Virus record (IMG/VR): IMGVR_UViG_3300032024_000295
Length of the DNA: 64,000 nt
Reading direction: 5' to 3' (one strand)
From: a virus
Part shown: positions 28,120 through 37,497 of the stretch, in pieces
Numbering within the stretch: position 1 is the first letter of the stretch
Layout of the letters: each line of letters opens with the position of its first letter
Notes under the pieces: generated by a model
What the model saw: only the letters and a program-made list of their open reading frames with translations
What the model was told of the DNA's origin: nothing
Databases searched by the model: none
Made by a program: the position numbers and the translations under genes

Positions 28120-28967
28120 TTATCTTGCAAAATCCTTAAATCCGGCTTCAACTAATTCTTCTTGACATAAAAAGATATCTCGCTCAGGAGTGCCAAGATG
28201 TTTGTTGAAAATCTTATTGACTTGTGATGTACCATCTGCATCTAAATCTGTGTTGGAAAACCAAACACGCTTGATGTTTTTAGAGCGAAACACTAAAAGT
28301 GGTCTCCCAGTCTTTGCATTAAAATCCATGATAGATATCATCTGAAGTTTAGGACAAGCCTTGAGAATTGACTGCACATCTGAATACGTATTGAGTGTTA
28401 GATATTCTAATGATGAGGGTATACCCTCAATTGATAATAATGGGGAGCGAATTCCTAACGATACTACATGTGGCATACCTACTAAGTTTTTAAGTGGTGA
28501 AATCGAGCTAATTTCGATATCATAATTAATACCTCCATTATCACTCTTAGATGCCACATGTTTTGGCAATCCGGTACAATCTTCAATATCAACTTTAGTT
28601 AATTTAAGATGGCCTAACATAACATGTGGCAATCCTTCAAGAGATTGCAATCCCCATTCATCTGTTTCAAAAACTCCTGAAATAGCAAATTGCACTGGAA
28701 GCTTCCATTTACCTTCATGTTGCACAAGACCTGCAGTGTTGTCTTTAGCACTCCAAGTCCAAATTCGCACTTCACCTTCTGATGGATGGACTTCTAATTC
28801 TTTTGATATTTGACCTTTAATTTTCATAAGGTCAAGCCACTCCTGTATCTCTTGTTTAGTCTGATACATCCAAGGCTTTAGATTAGGAGCATATGGACTA
28901 GCTGCTTTTTACGAGGAGCTTCGTTAATTATGTTTGGCGATGATGAGTAAAGGTCGTTTAGTTTCAT
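28120..28967 (-). CDS. CQEELIEAGL-family LRR-like protein; 5' end frameshifted at an A5 run (28906-28910)
   Basis: MKLNDLY...APRK|KAASPYAPNLKPWMYQ joins with one extra A; LQSLEGLPHV repeats; ends RDIFLCQEELVEAGFKDFAR. Confidence 0.75.
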
Positions 28968-29074
28968 GATGGAATGATGCCCTCTATTATAGACTTATTA
29001 TTCTATATAGCAATTAGCTCTTTAAGAGCGTGGCTATAAATAACGAAATTTTTTACGGAAATACTACTACTACT

Positions 29075-29082
29075 CATAAATA
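29075..29082 (+). promoter_or_regulatory. Late promoter CATAAATA for tail sheath
   Basis: 53 bp upstream of the ATG; AGGAG SD. Confidence 0.6.
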
Positions 29083-29135
29083 TCTTCAAGACATACAAAT
29101 TATTTACAAACGTCTTTATTAATAGGAGAATTTTT

Positions 29136-31058
29136 ATGGGATCATTAGTCTCGGCCGGAACACTTGTTTCAGTGACGGACCAAAGTTTTTACATACCGGT
29201 AGCAGCTACAACTGTTCCGTTATTTTTCGTTGCTACCCGCGCTAACAAATACCAACCTGATGGTATCAATGTTGCTGATGGAACCAATGAAAGTAGCGTT
29301 GTTAGAACTGTTACTTCACTAGGTCAATCTGTCCAGCTTTATGGTGTTCCACATTTCTGGAAAGATAATTCAGGAGCGGGTACTCCTGCGCAATATCATG
29401 GCGATGCTCGTAATGAGTATGGTCTATTTGCATTAAACCAATTTTTAGGAATAGGTAACCGCGCATTTGTTGTTCGTGCAAATATTGATTTAACTGATAG
29501 CCCTAAAGCTTTTATTTCTGCCAGTATTCCGGTTTATGATGCTACAACATACAATTATGTTGGCGTTGGTAATGGTACTCTTTCAGCAATTACAGTTCCT
29601 TCACAATTAAAGGAACCAGAAGCATTCACTCTTGTTGCTATTGGTGTGCAAACAGGTGAATCGATGATGTCATTTTCTGTAACTGGTTCTAAATCAGGCA
29701 TGATTGGCACCGCAAAAGCCGGTATTCCATTTGTTCATTCTGTAATTAATTTTACAATTACTGCAGGTTTAACTGCGTTCTCGGCAGGTGATTATTTTGA
29801 ATTTGAAACCATTTATGTTCCTACTTCTTATACTGGAACAGGTAATGGACAACTACTGCATTTAACACCTGAAGCAAATGCAATTGAAGAAACTTTTACT
29901 GTAACCTTTACTACAGCAACTGACTTCATAGTTACTGGCGTTGATCATGTATTGGGTTCTATCACTACTGCTCCTACTGCAGGAACTGTTGGTGTATCAA
30001 TTCCATTCTCTGATCTTGGCAATAAAATCTCATTCACTATTGTTGCTGGTACTACAGCATTCGTTGCAGGTGATGAGTTTACAATTGACTTTACTAATAT
30101 CCAAGTATTCAATCAATTGGGTGTTTCTGATGCGCAAAAACGTTCTGCTATCGTAACAGCTCTTCAAGCTGAAATCAATAGCAATCAAGATGTTCGTTCA
30201 GAAGCTTATGAATACAACTTGATTTTGGCTCCTGGTTATCCTGAAGTTGTTGATGAATTGTTAGCATTGAGTGATAGTATCGGTAATGAAGCATTTGTTA
30301 TTGCTGACACATACTGCAATAAAACCCCAGAGCAAACAGCTAACTGGACTTCAGCACCTTCATCTGATCATAGAAAACACAATGATGTTGCTTACTACTA
30401 TCCTTGGGGATTAGCGTCTAACCTAGACGGCTACAATGTCTTGGTTGCACCTTCTGGTATAGCATTAAGAACCTTTGCATATTCTGATAATGCTTCAGAA
30501 TTATGGAGAGCTCCAGCCGGTTTGCGTCGTGGTATTATCACAGGTGTTGATAGCTTAGGCTATGTTACAGGTACTTTAGGTCTTCCAACAACTTACATTG
30601 GTGTAAGTTTGAATCAAGGTCAAAGAGATAACCTGTATGACTTCCCAAAAAATATCAACCCACTTGTTAATTTCCCAAATCGTGGTCTAGTTGTTTGGGG
30701 ACAAAAAACTTCAGTTGGTAATAGCGCATCTGCTCGTGACCGTATCAATGTTGAAAGGTTGCTTTGCTACATCCGCCGTCAATTAAGAAAAAGCTCTTAC
30801 ACTTTCTTGTTCGAACCTAATGACCAAATCACTAGAGACGACTTTAAAGCAATGGTTGATAACTTCTTAGGTGATATCATGATGAGACGTGGCTTGTACG
30901 ACTTCGTTACATTGAGCGATAGCTCAAACAATACACCAGTTCGTATTGACAGAAATGAAATGTGGTGTGATATCGCATTGAAACCTGTTAAAGCAGTTGA
31001 GTTTATATATATTCCTATCAGAGTATTATCCACTGGTGCTAAGATGGGCAGTGCGTAA
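29136..31058 (+). CDS. Tail sheath protein (T4 gp18-like)
   Basis: LVSAGT.VSVTDQS, AYYYPW, APSG, WRAPAGLRRG, INP..FP..G.VVWGQKT, DRINVERL, FLFEPND, LKPVKAVEFIYI. Confidence 0.97.
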   Translation: MGSLVSAGTLVSVTDQSFYIPVAATTVPLFFVATRANKYQPDGINVADGTNESSVVRTVTSLGQSVQLYGVPHFWKDNSGAGTPAQYHGDARNEYGLFALNQFLGIGNRAFVVRANIDLTDSPKAFISASIPVYDATTYNYVGVGNGTLSAITVPSQLKEPEAFTLVAIGVQTGESMMSFSVTGSKSGMIGTAKAGIPFVHSVINFTITAGLTAFSAGDYFEFETIYVPTSYTGTGNGQLLHLTPEANAIEETFTVTFTTATDFIVTGVDHVLGSITTAPTAGTVGVSIPFSDLGNKISFTIVAGTTAFVAGDEFTIDFTNIQVFNQLGVSDAQKRSAIVTALQAEINSNQDVRSEAYEYNLILAPGYPEVVDELLALSDSIGNEAFVIADTYCNKTPEQTANWTSAPSSDHRKHNDVAYYYPWGLASNLDGYNVLVAPSGIALRTFAYSDNASELWRAPAGLRRGIITGVDSLGYVTGTLGLPTTYIGVSLNQGQRDNLYDFPKNINPLVNFPNRGLVVWGQKTSVGNSASARDRINVERLLCYIRRQLRKSSYTFLFEPNDQITRDDFKAMVDNFLGDIMMRRGLYDFVTLSDSSNNTPVRIDRNEMWCDIALKPVKAVEFIYIPIRVLSTGAKMGSA

Positions 31059-31071
31059 TATTTCTCTCATC

Positions 31072-31103
31072 TGAAAAAGGGGGATGTAGTGTCCCCTTTT
31101 TCA
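31072..31103. terminator. Bidirectional intrinsic terminator
   Basis: TGAAAAAGGGGGA-TGTAGTG-TCCCCTTTTTCA between convergent genes. Confidence 0.75.
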
Positions 31104-32699
31104 TTTCTCCAAAATAAATTTGGCATGCCCACAATCAAAAACTTTTAACCATCCATTATTTGCCATATTTTCAGATTGTGATTTTGCTTCATCAAAGTTT
31201 TTTAGTATTTTTGATAGTTTGTGTTTTTGAAATCTTAATCGTGAATGGCGAATTGCTCCAACTTTAGAATTGAAGTAATAGTATCCAGGTTTAGTTTCGC
31301 CGACTTTCGTAAATCCTGATTTGATATATGACGACCCATCTCCCCACCGTAAATCTGCAAAAGTAATAATACTTCCAATGTCTTTAATATGTTTTATTAG
31401 TTTGCTTAAACCTCCAACTATGACTGTATCCAATTTAGAGCAACTTCTAATCAATTCATAATCAGCTTTTTTATCAAATCTTGATTTACTTAGCGTTATA
31501 ATTTGCGCTAATTCATCTTTATAATACAGCCCGTATTGAATACTTGATGGCGCATCTCCATCAATATGATTATCATTGAGAAACTGTCGTTTATCTTTTT
31601 GTGATACTTCTTCAATTCTACATTTTCTTGCAAATATTTTAGTATCGGTTATACCTAATTTTTGTTTTATTCTTGATATAACAATATCAAACTTATCATT
31701 TATTTCGTCTTCAAATATGTGAATTAAATTTACGTCTTTACTGTTTGCATTATTTTGTTTGGTTTTTAAAGCGGTGGATTTATCAAAAAGCTCACTGTGC
31801 CAATATAACCCATTTATTTCAATGCCGAGTCTGTCATTTAACACAAAATCAATTTCTTTGCCATTCAAGATGCTTCTATCATTTTGTTTTATATTGATGT
31901 TCGGTAATAACTTAAGAGCGTCTAATAGTTTTCTTTCGTGGCTTGATGATTTCTTTCTATAAACATCTACATTTTTCTTGTGGAGATGTTTTATTAGAGT
32001 TGTAGTGGTTACTCCTAAATCCTTAGCCATTTCTTCAAAAGATTTTTCGCTATCCTTAATACATTGAAGATTTATATCTTCATCCAAATGCGCAATAAAA
32101 GAAAGTTTATCTTTCTGATTAAAACTGGGCGCTCCATATCTTTCAATATTAGTCTGTTGAATTTTTTCTATAACGTCTTCATTGCTGAATGGGTTTATAC
32201 TACCATATCGTTCCAAATTAGTCGTTTCTATTTTTTTACGAATTACCTTTGACCCTATCCCAATTCCACCATACTTCTGTTTTAATATTTCAAAGTTTTC
32301 AGGAAGTGCTAAATTGCTCTTAACCCCATATTTTTCTAAACATGTCGCTTGTGCTTTTTTGAAAGTATTACTGCCTGGTGAATGAGAGCATTTATGACTA
32401 CAAAATGGAGTAAAACTGAAAGTATCCTTTTTAATAAACTTTGTGGGTTTGCCGCATTTTTCGCACTGTCCCCATTGCGTTATATCATTTTTTAATAATA
32501 ATATTCGTTCAGCGATAGTTGCAGTTTCCGGAAAAGATGACGTTAGTTTGTATAGATGCGACCAAATTTCACTAAATCTTTTACTTCTTGACAACATTGC
32601 ATTTACTCTATTCTTTTTATCAAATAGAATATCATTATAATAAAGAAAGAATTCTTCTCTATTCACAATTTTAGCAACCATCAATGATAAGTTCTTCAA
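31101..32699 (-). CDS. Hef-like homing endonuclease; paralog of 7081-8598
   Basis: KEIDFVL..LGIEINGLYWHS, FARKC, NHIDG, YELIRSC, GGLSKL, TFADLRW; LEKYG/LERYG repeats. Confidence 0.75.
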   Translation of the reverse strand: MKNLSLMVAKIVNREEFFLYYNDILFDKKNRVNAMLSRSKRFSEIWSHLYKLTSSFPETATIAERILLLKNDITQWGQCEKCGKPTKFIKKDTFSFTPFCSHKCSHSPGSNTFKKAQATCLEKYGVKSNLALPENFEILKQKYGGIGIGSKVIRKKIETTNLERYGSINPFSNEDVIEKIQQTNIERYGAPSFNQKDKLSFIAHLDEDINLQCIKDSEKSFEEMAKDLGVTTTTLIKHLHKKNVDVYRKKSSSHERKLLDALKLLPNINIKQNDRSILNGKEIDFVLNDRLGIEINGLYWHSELFDKSTALKTKQNNANSKDVNLIHIFEDEINDKFDIVISRIKQKLGITDTKIFARKCRIEEVSQKDKRQFLNDNHIDGDAPSSIQYGLYYKDELAQIITLSKSRFDKKADYELIRSCSKLDTVIVGGLSKLIKHIKDIGSIITFADLRWGDGSSYIKSGFTKVGETKPGYYYFNSKVGAIRHSRLRFQKHKLSKILKNFDEAKSQSENMANNGWLKVFDCGHAKFILEK

Positions 32700-32916
32700 T
32701 ATCGCTAATGTCAGAATGTTTAGAATCAGTTAGTCGCTCAGTTGATACCGGGCTTAAGACAAACTTAGATGAGCATTTTTCGCACTCGATTAATACCACA
32801 TCATTAGGGCGCGATACTTTGAATGATTGATTGCCACAATCAGGACATACGTCATGATCTAAACTTGCGAGTGCTTGATCTTGATTTGGAGTCTGAGCGA
32901 AGAATTTAAAAGTCAT
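32671..32916 (-). CDS. Small Zn-ribbon protein
   Basis: CPDCG ... CEKC. Confidence 0.55.
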   Translation of the reverse strand: MTFKFFAQTPNQDQALASLDHDVCPDCGNQSFKVSRPNDVVLIECEKCSSKFVLSPVSTERLTDSKHSDISDIEELIIDGC

Positions 32917-32923
32917 ATGAGTA

Positions 32924-33442
32924 TCAATTAGGTAAAATTATATGGGCAGATCCAACATTGATATGTAGAGTACCTAATGGTATGCTACCTAAATGTCTAG
33001 ACATCTCTTGAGCCATCATACTAAGAAGACATAGATTATATGGCCCAAAATGCTCTATTTCCCATGACCTGAAATTTGCTACGATTTCAAGATGCTCATT
33101 TCGTACTAAAAACTGGACAGTCATTAGACATGTTGGTCGATCAGCAACAAAATGGATGATTGCTCGTCGAGTATTCAAATCTTTTAATAGAGATACTGTG
33201 CATTTTGCCAAACCTTTTTTCCATGGCTCCTGATAACCATTGTATCGATCAGACGAACGAAGATCGATTACTTTAAAAGCTTCTTCCATATGTTCCACTG
33301 ACCATACTACTTCAAGAAGAAATTTCAAACTGAAATCAAATCGGACATTGAGAAGCTCTCGATATCGAATACCCTCAATGTCGATTAAACTTCCTGAAGA
33401 AATCTGGCTAATGGGTAATTTTAATAATTCGTTTGGTGTCAT
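32924..33442 (-). CDS. Thymidylate synthase / pyrimidine hydroxymethylase-like protein (short)
   Basis: TRRAII, catalytic PTCL, QFLVR, RSWE, GPYN, NVGSAHI. Confidence 0.7.
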   Translation of the reverse strand: MTPNELLKLPISQISSGSLIDIEGIRYRELLNVRFDFSLKFLLEVVWSVEHMEEAFKVIDLRSSDRYNGYQEPWKKGLAKCTVSLLKDLNTRRAIIHFVADRPTCLMTVQFLVRNEHLEIVANFRSWEIEHFGPYNLCLLSMMAQEMSRHLGSIPLGTLHINVGSAHIILPN

Positions 33443-33540
33443 ATTATATTATATGTGTAGGATTATAAGTATAATTTATTTACGGTGCCCAGAAATGAAG
33501 AAAGGGACCCAAAGGCCCCTTTCAGTGGTAGGTTATCTAC

Positions 33541-34905
33541 CTATTTTTTAGTAGGTGCAAATTTTGCTACAACCGGAGCAGTTTGAGTAAAGGTTTTAAC
33601 AACATCGGATGTATTTTCTACGCCTAAGTAGAATTTTGAGCCTTTAGCATTAGTATAAGCAGTTACATAAGGTGTTGCAAATTTAGCAATTTGCGGAGTA
33701 TAGTAGCTCATGATGTCGCCATAAGCACCTCGGGCACCGTAACCGTAGGAGTATGGGAAAGCACCTGGCATATTACCTGCATGCGCTTTATCATGGTTTG
33801 CACCCAAAACATGACCGATTTCATGAGCCATTGTTGTTTCCATGCATAAGTATCTGCCATCAACGCCGTCACTTACTTCAGCATATGTTAAGGTTGCATT
33901 CAATGCAGCACCTCTTGCGCCATTCAGATAAGATACACCGCAGCTACCTTGGGCTGCCGCTTTCAGAGGTCTCAGATAAATTGAGATGTCAGCGCCCAGA
34001 TTAGCTCTGGTGACATTAGTACCGGCGAAAGTTCTGTAAGCACCTTTCATTTCAGCAAGAGCAGCTTCATTTTTTGTAGTATCTGCGTAGCCTTTAATGA
34101 CTTGAGTACCAACAACTCTCATTGACATTTGGATCAGACCGCTGTCTTTGTACGCAGCATTGGTAACCGCAGTCAAGTTGTTAATACGTGTTACCGCATT
34201 TGGTTCAGTGCTACTGTACATGACAAACACATCCAATACAACCTTAGGAGTTGTTTTGGTGATTCCGTATTGAGCAGCCAGTTTTTCAGCATTTGTTAAT
34301 ACCGCAGCAGCTTGAGCCGTTGCTGTAGTTTTGGTAGTAGCTGTAGCACCGGCGTTTGCAGTGATGGCATCATCACCAATTTCAGGATATTCAACACCGG
34401 CAGCGTTATGGTCAATCACCCAGGTTTCGCCATCAGCATTTGTAGCAATCGAGACTTTGTTACCATCTTGTTCAACAACACCGTAGGTAGCACCGTCTTT
34501 GCCGAAGGTAAAGATTGCACGTTCGCCATCAACATTACCGACAACACTTGTATCACCATTATCATGGCTAACAGATTCTTCAGAAGTAAAATCGACGTCT
34601 TTATTGAACAATTTGACTTTAACACTTTCACCAGTTTTCAATGCAATGAAGGCATCTGAGTCGAATTGAACTTTTGCTAAACCTTTTGCATCAAGGTCTG
34701 CATATGTTTCAGGGATGGTACCAGTCAAGTAAGATACTGCCTGTGGTGATGCTGGCATTTCGCCAATACCGTAAGTGTGATAGACTTTGCCAGTCAGAAC
34801 ATTCTGTACTGTACCTGAGAAGGTAGTAGATGATTCACTAGCTGTCACGATGCTAGTGGCTAATGTAGCTGCGATTGCTACTGCGATTGTGGTTTTTCTC
34901 AACAT
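33541..34905 (-). CDS. Secreted metzincin zinc metallopeptidase (reprolysin/M12B-like)
   Basis: Signal peptide; HEIGHVLGANH; Met-turn DIMSY. Confidence 0.85.
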   Translation of the reverse strand: MLRKTTIAVAIAATLATSIVTASESSTTFSGTVQNVLTGKVYHTYGIGEMPASPQAVSYLTGTIPETYADLDAKGLAKVQFDSDAFIALKTGESVKVKLFNKDVDFTSEESVSHDNGDTSVVGNVDGERAIFTFGKDGATYGVVEQDGNKVSIATNADGETWVIDHNAAGVEYPEIGDDAITANAGATATTKTTATAQAAAVLTNAEKLAAQYGITKTTPKVVLDVFVMYSSTEPNAVTRINNLTAVTNAAYKDSGLIQMSMRVVGTQVIKGYADTTKNEAALAEMKGAYRTFAGTNVTRANLGADISIYLRPLKAAAQGSCGVSYLNGARGAALNATLTYAEVSDGVDGRYLCMETTMAHEIGHVLGANHDKAHAGNMPGAFPYSYGYGARGAYGDIMSYYTPQIAKFATPYVTAYTNAKGSKFYLGVENTSDVVKTFTQTAPVVAKFAPTKK

Positions 34906-34978
34906 GGTAATCTCCTCATATAAACCGTAATTTCTGTTTCCGTGAAGGTGGTTTGCTTCAGCTTCCGTACTTAGATAT

Positions 34979-35142
34979 ATTATAACTTAATTTCTAACTT
35001 TGTACATCTTTGATACTTCCTTTTTGAGAACTGGTTAACATTTTGTTCTCTTTCTTTCTACTTCAGAAGAAAACCTTCTGAATATGGGTATACTATAAAC
35101 CTTTCACCAAAATTGTACACCTCAAAAATAGACCAAGTTAAC
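34979..35142 (-). promoter_or_regulatory. Two early promoters (TGTACA-16-TATAAT/TATAGT) with upstream GTTAAC boxes
   Basis: Pairs 35001-35006/34979-34984 and 35114-35119/35092-35097; GTTAAC at 35034-35039 and 35137-35142. Confidence 0.65.
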
Positions 35143-35158
35143 AGTTTTTACACCCCCA

Positions 35159-35488
35159 TTAATCATTAATATAGGGGAGAAACATTTCAAGTTTGTGTCG
35201 CTTCTCTGCCTTAAACTTTTTAATCAAGTGCCAATGCATGTCAAACTCTGTCTGTTCGTCGAGCACATCAAGCACTGCCAGAAAATCAGCTATCTCTTGA
35301 TGGATAAGTATGTTATTTGTCTGTGGCTCAGGCTCATATGGATTAAAGCTGTATTCGCCAAATCGATTAATCTTGGAAGCAATCTGAATAACCTCAGCTG
35401 CTTCTTCTTGAAGACACTGCAAGACGAGACCCATATCACGCCTCTTCTTTTGTCTAGGACTAAATTCGGTATATTCTTCTTGGGTCAT
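35159..35488 (-). CDS. MazG-like NTP pyrophosphohydrolase
   Basis: LQEEAAEVIQIASKINRFG ... EIADFLAV. Confidence 0.65.
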   Translation of the reverse strand: MTQEEYTEFSPRQKKRRDMGLVLQCLQEEAAEVIQIASKINRFGEYSFNPYEPEPQTNNILIHQEIADFLAVLDVLDEQTEFDMHWHLIKKFKAEKRHKLEMFLPYIND

Positions 35489-35702
35489 TTGTCTTTCTCA
35501 TGTATTCGTCATAATGCTCGGCGAGTGTATTGATATCTCTGACAGCATAGAATGCTTCTCTATCAGGATATAAGATTGCTCGATAATTGTTTTTTGTGTC
35601 AACTAATTCAGCGAAGGTTTGGAAGTAGGTATGCTTTGCTGCGATGTCATTTAATTGACTAAGTTTGGCGGGGTGTAGATATGAAAGGTCTGCACCACTC
35701 AT
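35460..35702 (-). CDS. Hypothetical protein
   Basis: ORF in operon context. Confidence 0.5.
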   Translation of the reverse strand: MSGADLSYLHPAKLSQLNDIAAKHTYFQTFAELVDTKNNYRAILYPDREAFYAVRDINTLAEHYDEYMRKTNDPRRIYRI

Positions 35703-35761
35703 ATGCTGAAAAATCCAGATTAGTAAAAGATAAAACTATTTACTAATCTGGAATGTTGCAT

Positions 35762-36478
35762 TTATTTTTTCTTTGATGAAGATGATGACGCAGGTCGCAC
35801 TCGCACAGGGCTAAAAGATTTCACAGCTGGAGCAGATTGCGTTCTGACTGTAGAAACTGATGGCGCCACTTGTATTGGTCTGAAAGTTTGAGCAGTTGGT
35901 GCTACTTGCTTTGGTACTTCAATTGGCGCTTTAGCTATAGGTGCAACCTGAATCGGTCTGAATGCCTGATTTACAGTTGGAGGAGTAGCTTTGACACCAT
36001 TCTCAACAATTACATTAGGTTGAAACAATGGTTGCACTTTCTGACCAGGTATCAACTGTTGTGTATTTTTGATAGGCGCAGATTTTTCTACAAGCGGTTG
36101 GGTAATATTTGGCACCGTATTTTGAATACCTCCAACTTGCGGAGTTACCCACGTTCTGTTAGGTTGTGAATAGTTTCGTGAATAGTAATCTGGTTGCGAC
36201 AAGTATTCAGGGTGATATACATAAGAAGACTGTCTATTCCACCAATGATTTGCTGCAGCACCAGCCGCAAAAGCCGCAACAGTGCCTAACCAATTGGTAT
36301 CGTTACCATATGGACGACCTGCTTGTTGGAAAGCTGCAGCACATTGAGCAGGTGGAAAGCCCATAGACATACACGGTTGAATGGCTGTCATTGTTTGAGT
36401 ATCATAAACTGGATCACGATTGCATCCAACCACAAACAGTGTTAAAGATAGAATGATCGATAGAGTAAAAGTTTTCAT
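35762..36478 (-). CDS. Lipoprotein with Pro/Ser-rich tail
   Basis: Lipobox VVG|C; low-complexity C-terminus. Confidence 0.65.
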   Translation of the reverse strand: MKTFTLSIILSLTLFVVGCNRDPVYDTQTMTAIQPCMSMGFPPAQCAAAFQQAGRPYGNDTNWLGTVAAFAAGAAANHWWNRQSSYVYHPEYLSQPDYYSRNYSQPNRTWVTPQVGGIQNTVPNITQPLVEKSAPIKNTQQLIPGQKVQPLFQPNVIVENGVKATPPTVNQAFRPIQVAPIAKAPIEVPKQVAPTAQTFRPIQVAPSVSTVRTQSAPAVKSFSPVRVRPASSSSSKKK

Positions 36479-36533
36479 TGTAAATATTTTCCGTAGAGTA
36501 AGTTAGAAAGTAAAGTGTTAAAATTATATGAGT

Positions 36534-36749
36534 TTAGTCGCCATCACTACCAAAATCGCCAAAGTCAAAACCACTACCGAAGCTTGAAGATGAGGAAGAT
36601 GAGCTACCGCCTATTGAATTTATCCGAATAAGTAAGTAGATGAAATTACCAACAGCAAATCCTAAAATAGCCATTTCATGTTTTACTGACTCTAAACTAA
36701 AGTGTCATCCTGCCCAAGTGCAAACACCAACTAATATTAAATACATCAT
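36534..36749 (-). pseudogene. Small membrane protein with in-frame TGA at 36705-36707
   Basis: MMYLILVGVCTWAG*HFS...GGSSSSSSSFGSGFDFGDFGSDGD; GAGG SD. Confidence 0.45.
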
Positions 36750-36831
36750 AAGATACCTCTCTCTTTGTTTATGATGAAGTAATCTTAACACAACTGCTAT
36801 GATAAGTAAACACTAAATTATACGGAGGAAA

Positions 36832-37497
36832 ATGCGTGTGAGAAGCCCAATTGATGTCCATATGCTACATCTACACCGTGACGACAAAGCCTGGATGGCA
36901 GAGTGTATAGACCGTATGGTCAATGAGCAAATCAACATCCACCTGATTGTGGGCCAAGAAGGCAACTTGATGAATGCTAGGATTGGTGGCTACTCAATAG
37001 GACGAGCACCGTATGTTTCGTATGTCGATCCAGATGACCTCATCGAACCTGGAGTTTTTGAGCGATGTTACGAGGATTTAGAGAAGGACAGGGATTTGGT
37101 AGGGGTTTATACACAATCATCCATCATCAACAAAGACGGAACGATCGTCAAAGAGGCAATGCAACCATTTAGAGAATGGCAATACCACAACATGTTTAAC
37201 TCATTGTTTGAGATACATCAATTAGTGGTCATTAGACGTGAGTTTTCAGATATAGTGAATAAACAAATGTCATCTCATTATTCAATAGGACACCCTTATG
37301 TTGAGCATCTTCGTTATGTCTTACTGTCAAAACTGGGACCTTGGAAAGCACTGCCCTTTGTAGGCTATATCAAATGCAACATTCAGTGTTGTAATTTTGA
37401 CATTTCGTTTCACAATATCCATCGTTGTGTGTTGGACTGCATCATCAATAAGGATAATATGCTCATCATTTCGCAACATTCCATATTTAATGAATGA
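36832..37497 (+). CDS. GT2/GT-A family glycosyltransferase, probably 3'-truncated
   Basis: ARIGGYSIGRAPYVSYVDPDD (DxD); the last ~45 aa read into the convergent gene. Confidence 0.7.
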   Translation: MRVRSPIDVHMLHLHRDDKAWMAECIDRMVNEQINIHLIVGQEGNLMNARIGGYSIGRAPYVSYVDPDDLIEPGVFERCYEDLEKDRDLVGVYTQSSIINKDGTIVKEAMQPFREWQYHNMFNSLFEIHQLVVIRREFSDIVNKQMSSHYSIGHPYVEHLRYVLLSKLGPWKALPFVGYIKCNIQCCNFDISFHNIHRCVLDCIINKDNMLIISQHSIFNE

